Shown: piece by piece, positions 19,468 through 28,777 of the stretch
Numbering within the stretch: the stretch's first letter is position 1
Layout of the letters: every line of letters begins with the position of its first letter
Source: Candidatus Eiseniibacteriota bacterium
Lineage (GTDB): Bacteria > Eisenbacteria > RBG-16-71-46
DNA length: 64,000 bases
Assembly (NCBI GenBank): GCA_016223045.1
Contig: JACRPT010000145.1
Coordinates: 12,040 to 76,039, forward strand
Direction: 5' to 3'
Translations under genes and position numbers: made by a program
Notes under the pieces: generated by a model
Seen by the model: only the letters and a program-made list of their open reading frames with translations
What the model was told of the DNA's origin: nothing
Databases searched by the model: none

Positions 19468-20360
19468 TCCTCGTTCCCCACGGAAGGCTCCGGGATGCGC
19501 GCGTGGATCTCGGCCGAGCCGCGCACGGGCTGCACCAGCTCGATCGTGATCTCGTGCGTGCCCTCCCCCACGGGGAGGGTCGCGCGGTCGAACTTCGACG
19601 GCACCCGGTCCTTCAGGTTGGTGTAGGTGGCGGTTGTCGCCTTGGTGGTCCTGAACTCCACTTCGCTCAACACCTGCTTGCGCTCGCTGAAGCGCAGCCG
19701 ATAGCTCTGGGTGCCCCGCATCGTGGCGTCGTAGTCGAGCCGCGCGAGCACCTCGAGCGTGGTCGGCCCCACGACGCGCACGCGCACGGGTTGCCCCGGC
19801 ATCACGCTGTAGTAGGGGATCGTCTTCTCGCCCTCCGCCACCAGCACGCTGCGCGCGGCGGCCACCGGTGTGAGCGTCACCATCGGCGGTTCGCCCCCGC
19901 GCGGCGCCGATCGCTGGACGCGCACCAGTGCCGCGGCCGCGCCGCCCAGGGTGAGCGTGAGCCGATGGTTCCCGGCGGGCACGTCGAAGGTCATCTTGCG
20001 GCTCTTACCGAGCGCCGCGCTCCCGCCCTGGAGTCGCACCTCCGCCGCGGCCGAGCTCTCGGTCGCGAGCTCCTCGAGCAGGCGCCCACCCTCGAGCGCG
20101 CGCACGGCGTAGGCGGCGATCCGTGCCGAGCCGGGTGGCAGCTCCACCCGCGTCGTGAGGCGCACCTGCGCCGGGCCTTCCACCGTCACGGTGAGCGGGG
20201 CCTGCGGCGTCAGCCGGAAGTAGGCGCGCGGCTTCTCGCGCACCAGCACCTGCACCGGCGTGGCGCCGGGCAGCTTCTCGAACGCGGTCCAGCGCGCGGC
20301 CGCGGCCTCGCCGGCGGCGAGCGCGAGCGCCGCGAACGCGAGCGCGAGTCTCATCATCAT
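19464..20360 (-). CDS. Secreted/periplasmic hypothetical protein (299 aa) coupled into the pgs-like operon.
   Basis: Signal peptide MMMRLALAFAALALAAGEAAAA, beta-rich, no known motif recognised. ATGA overlaps at both ends. Confidence 0.45.
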   Translation of the reverse strand: MMMRLALAFAALALAAGEAAAARWTAFEKLPGATPVQVLVREKPRAYFRLTPQAPLTVTVEGPAQVRLTTRVELPPGSARIAAYAVRALEGGRLLEELATESSAAAEVRLQGGSAALGKSRKMTFDVPAGNHRLTLTLGGAAAALVRVQRSAPRGGEPPMVTLTPVAAARSVLVAEGEKTIPYYSVMPGQPVRVRVVGPTTLEVLARLDYDATMRGTQSYRLRFSERKQVLSEVEFRTTKATTATYTNLKDRVPSKFDRATLPVGEGTHEITIELVQPVRGSAEIHARIPEPSVGNEE

Positions 20361-21478
20361 GGGGGTGGGATCCTTTCGGGATGCGGGTGGCCCAGGACCT
20401 GCTGCCGCACGTCGCGGCGCAGCACGTAGATGTTCACGAGCAGGACGAGCAGCGCTGCGGCGGCGACGATCCAGAGGTTGTAGCGGTACTGGATGAAGAG
20501 CAGCCCGCTGCCGGGGCGGACCGGATTCGCCGCCCGGTCCGTGATCTCGAACATGCGCGCCAGCTTCTCGACCTGGAGCAGGTGGATGACCGGGATGCGG
20601 CGCTCGCCCATCACGTTGATGACGCCGCGGTTCGGGTAGTTGCGCGTGGTGAGCCGCATCGTGAGTCCGGCCGGGATGAGCCGGCCGTTCTGGGCGCCTC
20701 CGAGGCTCGCCACGCCGCCGCCCACGTTGATGTAGAGCCTGATGGCCCGGCCGCGCGCCGCCGCGATCGAGTCGTAGATCGCGACGCGCTGCCGGACCGC
20801 CTCGAGCACGCTGGGCGGGTCGAGCAGCTTGACGCCGTTGCGCTCGATGGCGTCGTCGAGCAGCACGCGGCCGGCCGGCGAGAGGCCGCGGCCCACGTCG
20901 CCGCCGCCGCCGAGCGAAGCGGCCGCCGAGCGGAACGGCCACAGCCCCCGCTGCACCGCGATCGCCTCCATGTCGAGCCATGTCAGGTTCGGGTCGGTGG
21001 CGCCGAACATCGAGGCGCCGGCCGAGGTGATGATGATCGGCTCCGCGCCGACCGCCCGGCAGGACGCGAGCGCCGCGAGGTTGAGGCCCGGCAGCGACCC
21101 GGTCATGCCCACGGCGACCAGGTCGCCCCGGCGCACGCCGGCTTGCAGCATCATCTGCGTCACCGCCGCGGCGAAGTTCGGGTGCGCGGCCAGGCTCTTC
21201 GCGGCCTGCGAGCCGCGATCGGTCGTGATCAACGTGAATTGCGGCCCGATGACGCCGGTGCGCTCCGGATCGTTGCGGGCGTCCACCGTGATGCCGCGCT
21301 CCCGCTTGACCTCCGCGATCGCCCGCTCGGCCCGCTGCATGAGGCGCACCGCCTCGAGCTTCTTCCTGAACGCCTCGGCATGGACCGGGGTCAGCGAGCG
21401 CTCGGAGATCGCGTAGACCGCGAGCGACAGCGCCGCGAGGCCGACCAGCGCGGGCGTGGAGGCGCGCGCGAGGCTCAT
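20357..21478 (-). CDS. Membrane-anchored 'poly-gamma-glutamate system' accessory protein, occupying the position where CapA would normally be.
   Basis: N-terminal TM helix and a C-terminal TM helix (NLWIVAAAALLVLLVNIYVL). No CapA metallophosphatase motifs. Start set at the ATG at 21478, which overlaps the pgsC stop as ATGA; the track start at 21550 would overlap pgsC by 76 nt. Confidence 0.5.
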   Translation of the reverse strand: MSLARASTPALVGLAALSLAVYAISERSLTPVHAEAFRKKLEAVRLMQRAERAIAEVKRERGITVDARNDPERTGVIGPQFTLITTDRGSQAAKSLAAHPNFAAAVTQMMLQAGVRRGDLVAVGMTGSLPGLNLAALASCRAVGAEPIIITSAGASMFGATDPNLTWLDMEAIAVQRGLWPFRSAAASLGGGGDVGRGLSPAGRVLLDDAIERNGVKLLDPPSVLEAVRQRVAIYDSIAAARGRAIRLYINVGGGVASLGGAQNGRLIPAGLTMRLTTRNYPNRGVINVMGERRIPVIHLLQVEKLARMFEITDRAANPVRPGSGLLFIQYRYNLWIVAAAALLVLLVNIYVLRRDVRQQVLGHPHPERIPPP

Positions 21479-21924
21479 CGGATCAGGGCCCCGCCGTGGA
21501 GCAGCATGAGCAGGAGCCGCACCAGCACCGCGGTCGTGACCATGACGCACAGCGTCTGGATCACGCCCTGGCGCTCCATCCAGTTCGCGATCAGGCCGGG
21601 GATGACGAAGCCGATGGTGCGCAGGTCCACCGGCACGTTCTGGAACTTGAGCACCATGAGGTCGCGCGAGAGCGCGCCGAACACGAACCCGATCAGGACC
21701 GCCACCACGATGCGCCGCCGCCCGTAGATGAGCGTGTAGCGCGACAGCAGCTGGAGCGCGCCCCAGGTGAGCAGCGCGATCCCCACGGTGCCGACGATGC
21801 GCAGCGGCTCGTGGATCATGAGCGCGAGGTAGCCCGGCACCACCATGCCGCCCGCCGCGAGGCCGAGGGTCTCGGAGAAGATGAGGCTGACGACCAGCCC
21901 GAGCCCGATCGCCTGCTCAACCAC
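21475..21924 (-). CDS. pgsC: Poly-gamma-glutamate synthase component PgsC/CapC.
   Basis: 149 aa, 4-5 TM. Matches B. subtilis PgsC in VVPGYL..., ...IYGRRR..., ...GFVIPGLIANWMERQG. Confidence 0.8.
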   Translation of the reverse strand: MVEQAIGLGLVVSLIFSETLGLAAGGMVVPGYLALMIHEPLRIVGTVGIALLTWGALQLLSRYTLIYGRRRIVVAVLIGFVFGALSRDLMVLKFQNVPVDLRTIGFVIPGLIANWMERQGVIQTLCVMVTTAVLVRLLLMLLHGGALIR

Positions 21925-23293
21925 GGCGCACCGCCCGGTTGCTGAAGTGGAGCGTGATCTCCTCCCCGAGTCCGACGATGTTGCCGATGCCGACGATCAC
22001 GGCTTCGTGCCGCACCAGCGCGAGCACGTGCTCGTAGACCGCCTCGGCACCGAGCCCGCCGAGGTTGCTGAGCCGCTCGCGGTCGAGACCTCCGTTCAGC
22101 GCCTGGAACGCCACCAGGTCCGTGCCCTCGCCGGAGAGCACCACGTGGTCGGCCGAGAGCCGTTTCGCCACCAGCTCGGCGATCTGCCCGGAGCGCTGCA
22201 GCCGGTCCGGGCGGCAGTTGGCGAGGATCATGCGCTGCACGCCCGGCCGCCGCTGCTCGAGCCCCAGGCGCTGCCAGATCAGCAGCGTCGAATCCGGGTC
22301 GTTTGCGGCGAAGGCGTTCACGAACTCCACCGTCTTGTCCCCCGACCGCACGGTGTAGCGGCGCAGCACCCCCGGGTCGGGCGCGGCGGCGTGCATGCCG
22401 GCGAGCGCGGCGGCGCGCGGCACCCCGAGGTGCGCGCACACCGCGAGCGCGAGCGCCACGTTCTCGGCGTGTTCGAAGTAGGAGAAGCCGGCCAGCTCCT
22501 CCACCGTCACGCCGTCGGGCGGGACCACGTGCACCGCGCTCCCGCGCCCGCGCGCCACCGCCTCGAGGATCCCTGCGCGTTCGCGCTCGGCGGTGAAGAG
22601 GTGCCCGCCCACCGGGCAGGTCTGGGCGAGGGCGTGCGCGACGTCGTCCACCGTGGGCCCCATGACGTCGAGATGGTCGGCGCGGCAGTTCGTGATCACG
22701 CCCACCGTGCTCTTGATGAGCCGCAGCTCGACGAGCGGCTGCAGCTCGGGCGTCACCGCCATGCACTCGATGACCAGCGCCGCGGCGCCGTCCTCGACCG
22801 CGCGCCGCACGATGCGGGTCTGCTCGATGATGTTGGGGCTGCCGACGCGGTAGACGTCCACCTCCAGGCCGTCGGGGCGGATGATGCGCGCCATGGTGCC
22901 GGTGGTCTTGGCGAAGGCGCGCACGCCCCCGGAGCGCAGGCCCGCCGCGATCAGCCGGGTGACCGAGGACTTGCCGCGTGTGCCGTTCACGTGCACGCGC
23001 ACCGGCAGGCGCGCGAGGTTGCGCTCGTGCGAGCGCATCTCCCACACGCCGTACGCTGCCAGCCCCGCGGTCAGGATGCCGGGAACGAGCGCGATGGTGT
23101 CACCTCCAGAACGATGTCCCCCGGACCGGGCGCCTGCGTTCGGCGCGCCCGGCCCCGGTGGACGCAGGAAGGCCCGGCGGTCGTCGCGCGTCGCGTGGAC
23201 GGCGTGGCCGACCCGGGCCCATGCCCGTCTATCGGCACGGGGCGCGCCGCACTGGAGAACGACCGGAGCACGACGCTGGAGCGGGCTGTGCAC
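21917..23293 (-). CDS. pgsB: Poly-gamma-glutamate synthetase PgsB/CapB (Mur-ligase-like amide ligase).
   Basis: LARLPVRVHVNGTRGKSSVTRLIAAGL (P-loop), ...IECMAV..., DHLDVMGPT and NAFAANDPDSTL are collinear with B. subtilis PgsB. An N-terminal TM helix (IALVPGILTAGLAAYGVW) precedes the P-loop. The real start is probably downstream of the GTG at 23293; no unambiguous in-frame start lies next to the TM helix. Confidence 0.85.
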   Translation of the reverse strand: MHSPLQRRAPVVLQCGAPRADRRAWARVGHAVHATRDDRRAFLRPPGPGAPNAGARSGGHRSGGDTIALVPGILTAGLAAYGVWEMRSHERNLARLPVRVHVNGTRGKSSVTRLIAAGLRSGGVRAFAKTTGTMARIIRPDGLEVDVYRVGSPNIIEQTRIVRRAVEDGAAALVIECMAVTPELQPLVELRLIKSTVGVITNCRADHLDVMGPTVDDVAHALAQTCPVGGHLFTAERERAGILEAVARGRGSAVHVVPPDGVTVEELAGFSYFEHAENVALALAVCAHLGVPRAAALAGMHAAAPDPGVLRRYTVRSGDKTVEFVNAFAANDPDSTLLIWQRLGLEQRRPGVQRMILANCRPDRLQRSGQIAELVAKRLSADHVVLSGEGTDLVAFQALNGGLDRERLSNLGGLGAEAVYEHVLALVRHEAVIVGIGNIVGLGEEITLHFSNRAVRRG

Positions 23294-23625
23294 GCAGGGT
23301 CATGGCAGACCTCCGCTGTTGCCGCGTCCGCGTCATGGTGGGGATGACGGCCGGGACCGCGAGTCTCGAAGCTTCCGTGCTGCGTGGAACGAGGTCCAAA
23401 CGTCGTTCCGGGAGACGCTCTGGCCGTGGGGGAGGCAGAGGTGCGGGTCACCGCCTCCCCCTCCGATGCGGCCGGCGGGCGGGCGATTCGGCCCTCCCGC
23501 GCGCGGCGCCTTCCGGCGGATGGAGTATCGCAGGGTTCGTGCCCCGGACCCAGCATGGTCCGGGCTCGCCGGCGGCGGGGTGGCGCCGCCGCAACGCAGC
23601 GGGCGGCGGGCGACCGCCGCCCGCC

Positions 23626-24471
23626 CTACTTCCCCATGCGGCGCTTCCGCCCGACGAACAGGCTCGTCGCCAGCCCGGCACCGGTGAAGGCTCCCTTGAG
23701 CTCGCTGGCGAACAGGTCGCCCGCCTCGGCGGCGAGCCTCGCCGCAGACTCGCCTTCGATCCCCACGCCCTTGAAGTACGCGGCCGCCGTTTCGCGGTCG
23801 CGCGCCGTGCGGGTCTCCGAGCGCTGCAGGTAGAGGTGCGAGACCAGGTGCACGATCCGGCCCTCGCCTTCGTCCCACTCCACCACCACGGCGTCGGCGC
23901 CGAACCGCCGGCCGACCTCGGCGCTCTTCACCAGCACGCGCACGCGGTCCCGGTCGAGCACCTCGCACGGGTAGCTCGCGCCCTCCATCCACCACAGCGG
24001 GTCGCGCCCGTCCTCGCGGAACCCCGCGAGCAGCGGGTGGTCCCCCACCGGCTCCACCCTGACCACGCAGTCCGGGATGCTGCCTCCCGTGTACTTCACG
24101 CGGCCCGGGAAGGCGCGCTCGAGCAGGTGCTTCAACGCCCAGTCCGTGGTGCCGAGGTGCCCGCCCTCGCGCACCCACTGGACGAGCCTGCGCAGCGCAG
24201 TCGCCGGGAGCCGCCCCGGGCAATTCACCCAGACCACCTGCGCGCGCGCCCAGTCGATGCCGGCGAGGTCCGCCGGCGCGACCTGGACGAACGGCACGCC
24301 GATGGCGCGCAGCACGCGCCCGATGTGGTCGTAGTCCCCGAGCACCTCGACGATCTCGCCGGGCTCGGCCTGCGCGAGCAGCTCCGCGTCCTCGGGATTC
24401 GACCTCTGCAGCACGTCGCGGAAGGCCTTCGCCGCGACGTCGAACGCCCGCTCCATCCTCTCCTTCTCCAT
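23626..24471 (-). CDS. Conserved hypothetical protein (281 aa); second gene of the cassette divergent to the XRE/S24 repressor.
   Basis: Strong RBS AAAGGAG before the ATG at 24471. VVWVNCPGRLPATALRRLVQWVREGGHLGTTDWAL loosely resembles a non-catalytic class-I glutamine-amidotransferase-like (ThuA/DJ-1-type) fold. No confident assignment. Confidence 0.5.
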   Translation of the reverse strand: MEKERMERAFDVAAKAFRDVLQRSNPEDAELLAQAEPGEIVEVLGDYDHIGRVLRAIGVPFVQVAPADLAGIDWARAQVVWVNCPGRLPATALRRLVQWVREGGHLGTTDWALKHLLERAFPGRVKYTGGSIPDCVVRVEPVGDHPLLAGFREDGRDPLWWMEGASYPCEVLDRDRVRVLVKSAEVGRRFGADAVVVEWDEGEGRIVHLVSHLYLQRSETRTARDRETAAAYFKGVGIEGESAARLAAEAGDLFASELKGAFTGAGLATSLFVGRKRRMGK

Positions 24472-24521
24472 GCTCTCTCTCCTTTCGTCTCGTCTTCCGC
24501 GTCCCCCGCGGGGACGCGCCT

Positions 24522-25490
24522 CTACTCTCCGAACACCGCCAGGTGCGCCAGCGCGTCGGCGGCCCACAGGCCGGCGCCGGCGAAGCCGCGGCCCGTGAGC
24601 GCGAGCTGCGCGCCGAGTCCGCGCGACGGGCGCGCCTGCACGAGCGCGGTCGCGATCCTCGCGATCCAGTCGGTCCCCGCCCGCTCCGGCGCGCCCGCAC
24701 GCGCTCCAGGCTGGAGCGCGAGCGCCTCGACCGCCAGCAGGTAGGACGGCATCACGACCGGGCGCAGCGCGGCCCAGGTGTCCGGGTGACCGAACACCTC
24801 GAGGCCCAGCAATCGGCCGTGCGCGAGCGCCAGGATCCCGACTTCGCCCGGCACCTGGTCGAAGGCGCGGGCGCGGTCCTCCGCCTCGCGCCGGTGCGCG
24901 GCCGCGCCGGCCATGTAGTCCCCGGTCGCCGAGCGGACCCCATGCGCCGAGAGAGCGCGCGCGACGTCCGCCCACAGGCGGCCCTGGTCCACGTGGCCTT
25001 TCGCGGCGGCCTCGGCGACCGTGTGCCGTCGAAGGGCGGGCTCGACCGGAAGATCGCCGACGGCGAACCTGGACGAGGCTCCGCCCCAGCGCCCCTGCTG
25101 CACGCAGCCGACCTTCACCGGCACCGTCTGCACCGGTCCGATGAGCGTGGTCTCCACGACCACCCGGTTCTGCTTCGCGCCGACCAGGCTCGAGCCCTCC
25201 GGCACCAGCACCGGGGCCGGTCCCCGGTTGCACACGACGACCTCGTTGACGACCCCGCCGCCCTGCTCGACCACTTCCACATGGCCGGCCTTGACTGCCT
25301 GGTGGAGGAGCAGGTACGAAGGTCCGGGTGCGCCCTCGAGCCGGAGCGGGAAGATCTCCAGTGGGCCGGCGACCCGGGAAGCCTCCGGCCTGAGGCGGCC
25401 GAGCCAGAAGGCGACCCGGGCTTCGCTCCAGGGGTGTTCGGCCCCAGGGCTGCCGGCCCATGGTTGGAAAGCAGCGGATATCGCGCTCAC
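24522..25490 (-). CDS. Conserved hypothetical protein (323 aa); first gene of the cassette divergent to the XRE/S24 repressor.
   Basis: RBS AAAGGAGG 5 nt before a GTG start at 25490. Conserved-looking motif ...LVPEGSSLVGAKQNRVVVETTLIGPVQTVPVKVGCVQQGRW... . I half-recall a family with a GxKQNR...VPVxCVExGRW signature, but the identity could not be established from sequence alone. Confidence 0.5.
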   Translation of the reverse strand: MSAISAAFQPWAGSPGAEHPWSEARVAFWLGRLRPEASRVAGPLEIFPLRLEGAPGPSYLLLHQAVKAGHVEVVEQGGGVVNEVVVCNRGPAPVLVPEGSSLVGAKQNRVVVETTLIGPVQTVPVKVGCVQQGRWGGASSRFAVGDLPVEPALRRHTVAEAAAKGHVDQGRLWADVARALSAHGVRSATGDYMAGAAAHRREAEDRARAFDQVPGEVGILALAHGRLLGLEVFGHPDTWAALRPVVMPSYLLAVEALALQPGARAGAPERAGTDWIARIATALVQARPSRGLGAQLALTGRGFAGAGLWAADALAHLAVFGE

Positions 25491-25493
25491 GGG

Positions 25494-25668
25494 AGCCTCC
25501 TTTGATGACCAGTGCTGGTCGCATTTGTCGCGCAGCGCCACCTTGCCATGGATTTCGGCTCCTAGCCTGCATCACCGGGCATATATACCGCTTGTGGTCG
25601 CAATTGGTCAAGGGATATATTTAGAGCGCCATGAGCTATGAATTGGTCGCCAGACTGGCGAGGCGCTG
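25494..25668. promoter_or_regulatory. Divergent promoter/operator region between the hypothetical cassette and the XRE/S24 repressor.
   Basis: Locally AT-enriched. TATATA-type -10-like elements at about 25580 and 25614. Three copies of TGGTCGC(A/C) at 25516, 25595 and 25644. A CAATTG palindrome and a 13-bp palindrome CGCCAGACTGGCG at 25648-25660 abut the repressor start. Confidence 0.4.
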
Positions 25669-26697
25669 GTGCTTCCCATGAACCCTCCGCGGCGCGGCCG
25701 CCCTTCCGAAGAGACGAGCCACCCGGTGGGCGGCTACCTGCGCCGCCGCCGCGAGTCGCTCGGCCTCACCACCCGGGACCTGGCCGTCAGGGCCGGGCTC
25801 AACCCCAGTTCGGCGTCCTACATCTCCCAGCTCGAGTCGGGGGCGAAGGTGCCGAGCCGGGATCTGGCGCTGCGGCTGGCCGGGGTCCTCGGGGATGACC
25901 CGCGGATCTACCTCGCGTGGGCCGACCTGGGGAAGCGCGCGGACCCGGTTGCCCACGTCCATGCGCGGCACCTGCTATCTCGACTGCTGGGCGACGCGCG
26001 GCTCGAGGTGCGCCTGACCTCGCCTGAGGACGTGATGCTCGGGGAGGTCCCCGGGCGCCCCACGGAGCGGGCGGGCCAGCGCCGGGCACTGGCCTCGTTC
26101 TTCAAGGCGCGGAAGGCCATGGCGTCCGCGGCGGCGGGGCGGGTCGCCCCCTCGTACGCCGACGCCACGCCCCTGTCCTCCGCGCTGCGAGTCCCTCCGC
26201 GAGCGAAGGAGGACCACCTCCAGGCTGACCCGGTCCGCGCGCTGCGGTCCGTCGCCGAGGGCGCACTGGCGACGCTGGCGTGGGTCCCCATCCCCGAGAT
26301 CAGGGGGGGCGCGGACCCGGGGGAGGACCCGCGGGCGCCCCAGAACGTGATCACCGTACATCGGGTCAGGGCGGAGGCGCTCGAAGGCATGGAGCCGCTC
26401 CGGCACCCGTTCGCCTGCTGGGTCTCGGACGAGGACGCGCGGCACCTCGGCCGGGCGCTCATGCCCCGCGACATCGCGATCCTCACCCGGCGCGTCCTGC
26501 CACTCGACCCGCACCAGCCCTACGCCGTGCGCGTCGAGGGCCGGGTCCTGCTGCGCTACGTGAAATGGAACGGGCGCCACCTGCTCCTGCTCGGTGAGCG
26601 CGACGAGGACTTCGTCACCGTCGAGGCGCCCGACGAACCCGCCCTCAGCCGCGCGCTGGCGGGCAAGGTGGTGGCGACCATCCCCGCCCGGCGCTAG
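25669..26697 (+). CDS. LexA/CI-like repressor: N-terminal XRE-family HTH + C-terminal S24 (LexA-type) peptidase domain.
   Basis: HTH: LGLTTRDLAVRAGLNPSSASYISQLESGAKVPSRDLALRLAGVL. C-terminal ...AVRVEGRVLLRYVKWNGRHLLLLGERDEDFVTVEAPDE...AGKVVATI fits the S24 beta-fold with a candidate Ser/Lys dyad (WVSDED / RYVKW). Confidence 0.7.
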   Translation: MLPMNPPRRGRPSEETSHPVGGYLRRRRESLGLTTRDLAVRAGLNPSSASYISQLESGAKVPSRDLALRLAGVLGDDPRIYLAWADLGKRADPVAHVHARHLLSRLLGDARLEVRLTSPEDVMLGEVPGRPTERAGQRRALASFFKARKAMASAAAGRVAPSYADATPLSSALRVPPRAKEDHLQADPVRALRSVAEGALATLAWVPIPEIRGGADPGEDPRAPQNVITVHRVRAEALEGMEPLRHPFACWVSDEDARHLGRALMPRDIAILTRRVLPLDPHQPYAVRVEGRVLLRYVKWNGRHLLLLGERDEDFVTVEAPDEPALSRALAGKVVATIPARR

Positions 26698-26705
26698 CCG
26701 CCCCC

Positions 26706-27047
26706 GTGCCCCTCCCCTCCCACCTCGAGCGCCTGGCCCGCGAGTGCGAGGTCACACCCTTCAAGTCCTCGGGCCCCGGCGGGCAGAAGAAGAACAAGAC
26801 CGAGTCGAGCGTGCGCGTGCGGCACCTGCCGAGCGGGATCGTGCGCATCGCGACCGAGAGCCGCTCGCAGGCGCGCAACCGCGCCCTGGCGCTCGAGCGG
26901 GTGTGGGAGGAGATCAGGCGGCGGGCCCGCCGGCCGAAGCCGCGCCGGGCGACCAGGCCGCACGCCGGGGCGGTGGAGAAGCGCCTCACCGCGAAGCGGC
27001 GCGCGGCGGAGAGGAAGCGCGCGCGGCGGCAGGCCGCGGAGGAGTAG
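26706..27047 (+). CDS. arfB: ArfB/YaeJ-like peptidyl-tRNA hydrolase (minimal GGQ-domain ribosome-rescue factor), 113 aa.
   Basis: SSGPGGQKKNKTESSV GGQ motif at residues 24-26, and a highly basic C-terminal tail (RRRARRPKPRRATRP...KRRAAERKRARRQ) like ArfB. GTG start 8 nt after the repressor stop. Confidence 0.65.
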   Translation: MPLPSHLERLARECEVTPFKSSGPGGQKKNKTESSVRVRHLPSGIVRIATESRSQARNRALALERVWEEIRRRARRPKPRRATRPHAGAVEKRLTAKRRAAERKRARRQAAEE

Positions 27048-27062
27048 TCGCACCGCCGGTCG

Positions 27063-27082
27063 CCGCGGGCCCGGGCCCGCGG
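27063..27082. terminator. Perfect 20-bp GC palindrome (CCGCGGGCCCGGGCCCGCGG) between the convergent arfB-like and phoU genes; candidate bidirectional terminator hairpin.
   Basis: Exact inverted repeat read directly. No U-tract, so intrinsic-terminator function is uncertain. Confidence 0.3.
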
Positions 27083-27185
27083 GTGGCCGCACGGCCGGCG
27101 TCGCGCCGCCGTGGCCCGGCCCGCGCGGAACCCCGTCCTCCGCAGCTCCGGTGCGCGGACCCGGCCGGCGCCGCGGCCGCCTGCG

Positions 27186-27875
27186 CTACGACCGACCGAA
27201 CTCGTCGCCGGCGGCGCTCTCGTCGGCGTGGTGCTTGATGATGCGCGCCTCGGCGATGAACACCACCTCCTCGGCCACGTTGGTGGCCAGGTCGGCGACG
27301 CGCTCGAGGTTGCGCGCCACCAGCACCAGCTCCATCGCGTGCGTGATGGTCGAGGGATCCTCGATCATGAAGCTCACCAGCTCGCGGAACACCTGGCGGT
27401 TGAGCGCGTCCACCTCGTCGTCGCGCCGCACCAGCCGGCGCGCGGTGTCGGCGTCGCGCCCGACGAACGCATCGAGCGCCTCGTGGAGCATGCCGCTCGC
27501 CAGCTCCGCCATGCGCGGGATGTCCACCAGCGGCTTCAGCATCGGCTCGGCGGCCAGCTTCACCGCGCTGCCGGCGATGTTCACGGCGTGGTCGCCGACG
27601 CGCTCCAGGTCGTTCGAGATCTTGAGCGCAGCGGTGATGAAGCGCAGGTCGCGCGCCATCGGCTGCTGGAGCGCGAGCAGGCGCACGCAGCGCTCCTCGA
27701 TGTCGATCTCGAGGCGGTCGAGCCGCCGGTCGTCGTCGAACACCGCGTGGGCCAGCGTCTCGTCGCGGCGCCGCAGGGCCTCCACCGCCTTGAGCACGAT
27801 GGACTCGGCGTGCCCGCCCATCAGCAGCAGCTGCTCCTTGAGCACCTCCAGCTCCCGTTCGAAATGCCTCTCCAA
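27186..27875 (-). CDS. phoU: Phosphate-specific transport system accessory protein PhoU.
   Basis: Two PhoU repeats (...DDDRRLDRLEIDIEERCVRLLALQQPMARDLR..., ...DDEVDALNRQVFRELVSFM...). TTG start 5 nt after GAGGAGG. The track's 801-aa ORF is a read-through frame. Confidence 0.85.
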   Translation of the reverse strand: MERHFERELEVLKEQLLLMGGHAESIVLKAVEALRRRDETLAHAVFDDDRRLDRLEIDIEERCVRLLALQQPMARDLRFITAALKISNDLERVGDHAVNIAGSAVKLAAEPMLKPLVDIPRMAELASGMLHEALDAFVGRDADTARRLVRRDDEVDALNRQVFRELVSFMIEDPSTITHAMELVLVARNLERVADLATNVAEEVVFIAEARIIKHHADESAAGDEFGRS

Positions 27876-27904
27876 CCTCGCCTCCTCGCGGCCCGCCGCG
27901 CGGC

Positions 27905-28756
<852 letters not shown>

Positions 28757-28777
28757 GGTCGGTGACGTTCCTTTCTC

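Noticed and set aside
21816-23347. ORFs 21816..23045 (minus) and 21845..23347 (plus) overlapping pgsB.
   Set aside because: The pgsB frame aligns collinearly to B. subtilis PgsB. The others lack motifs.
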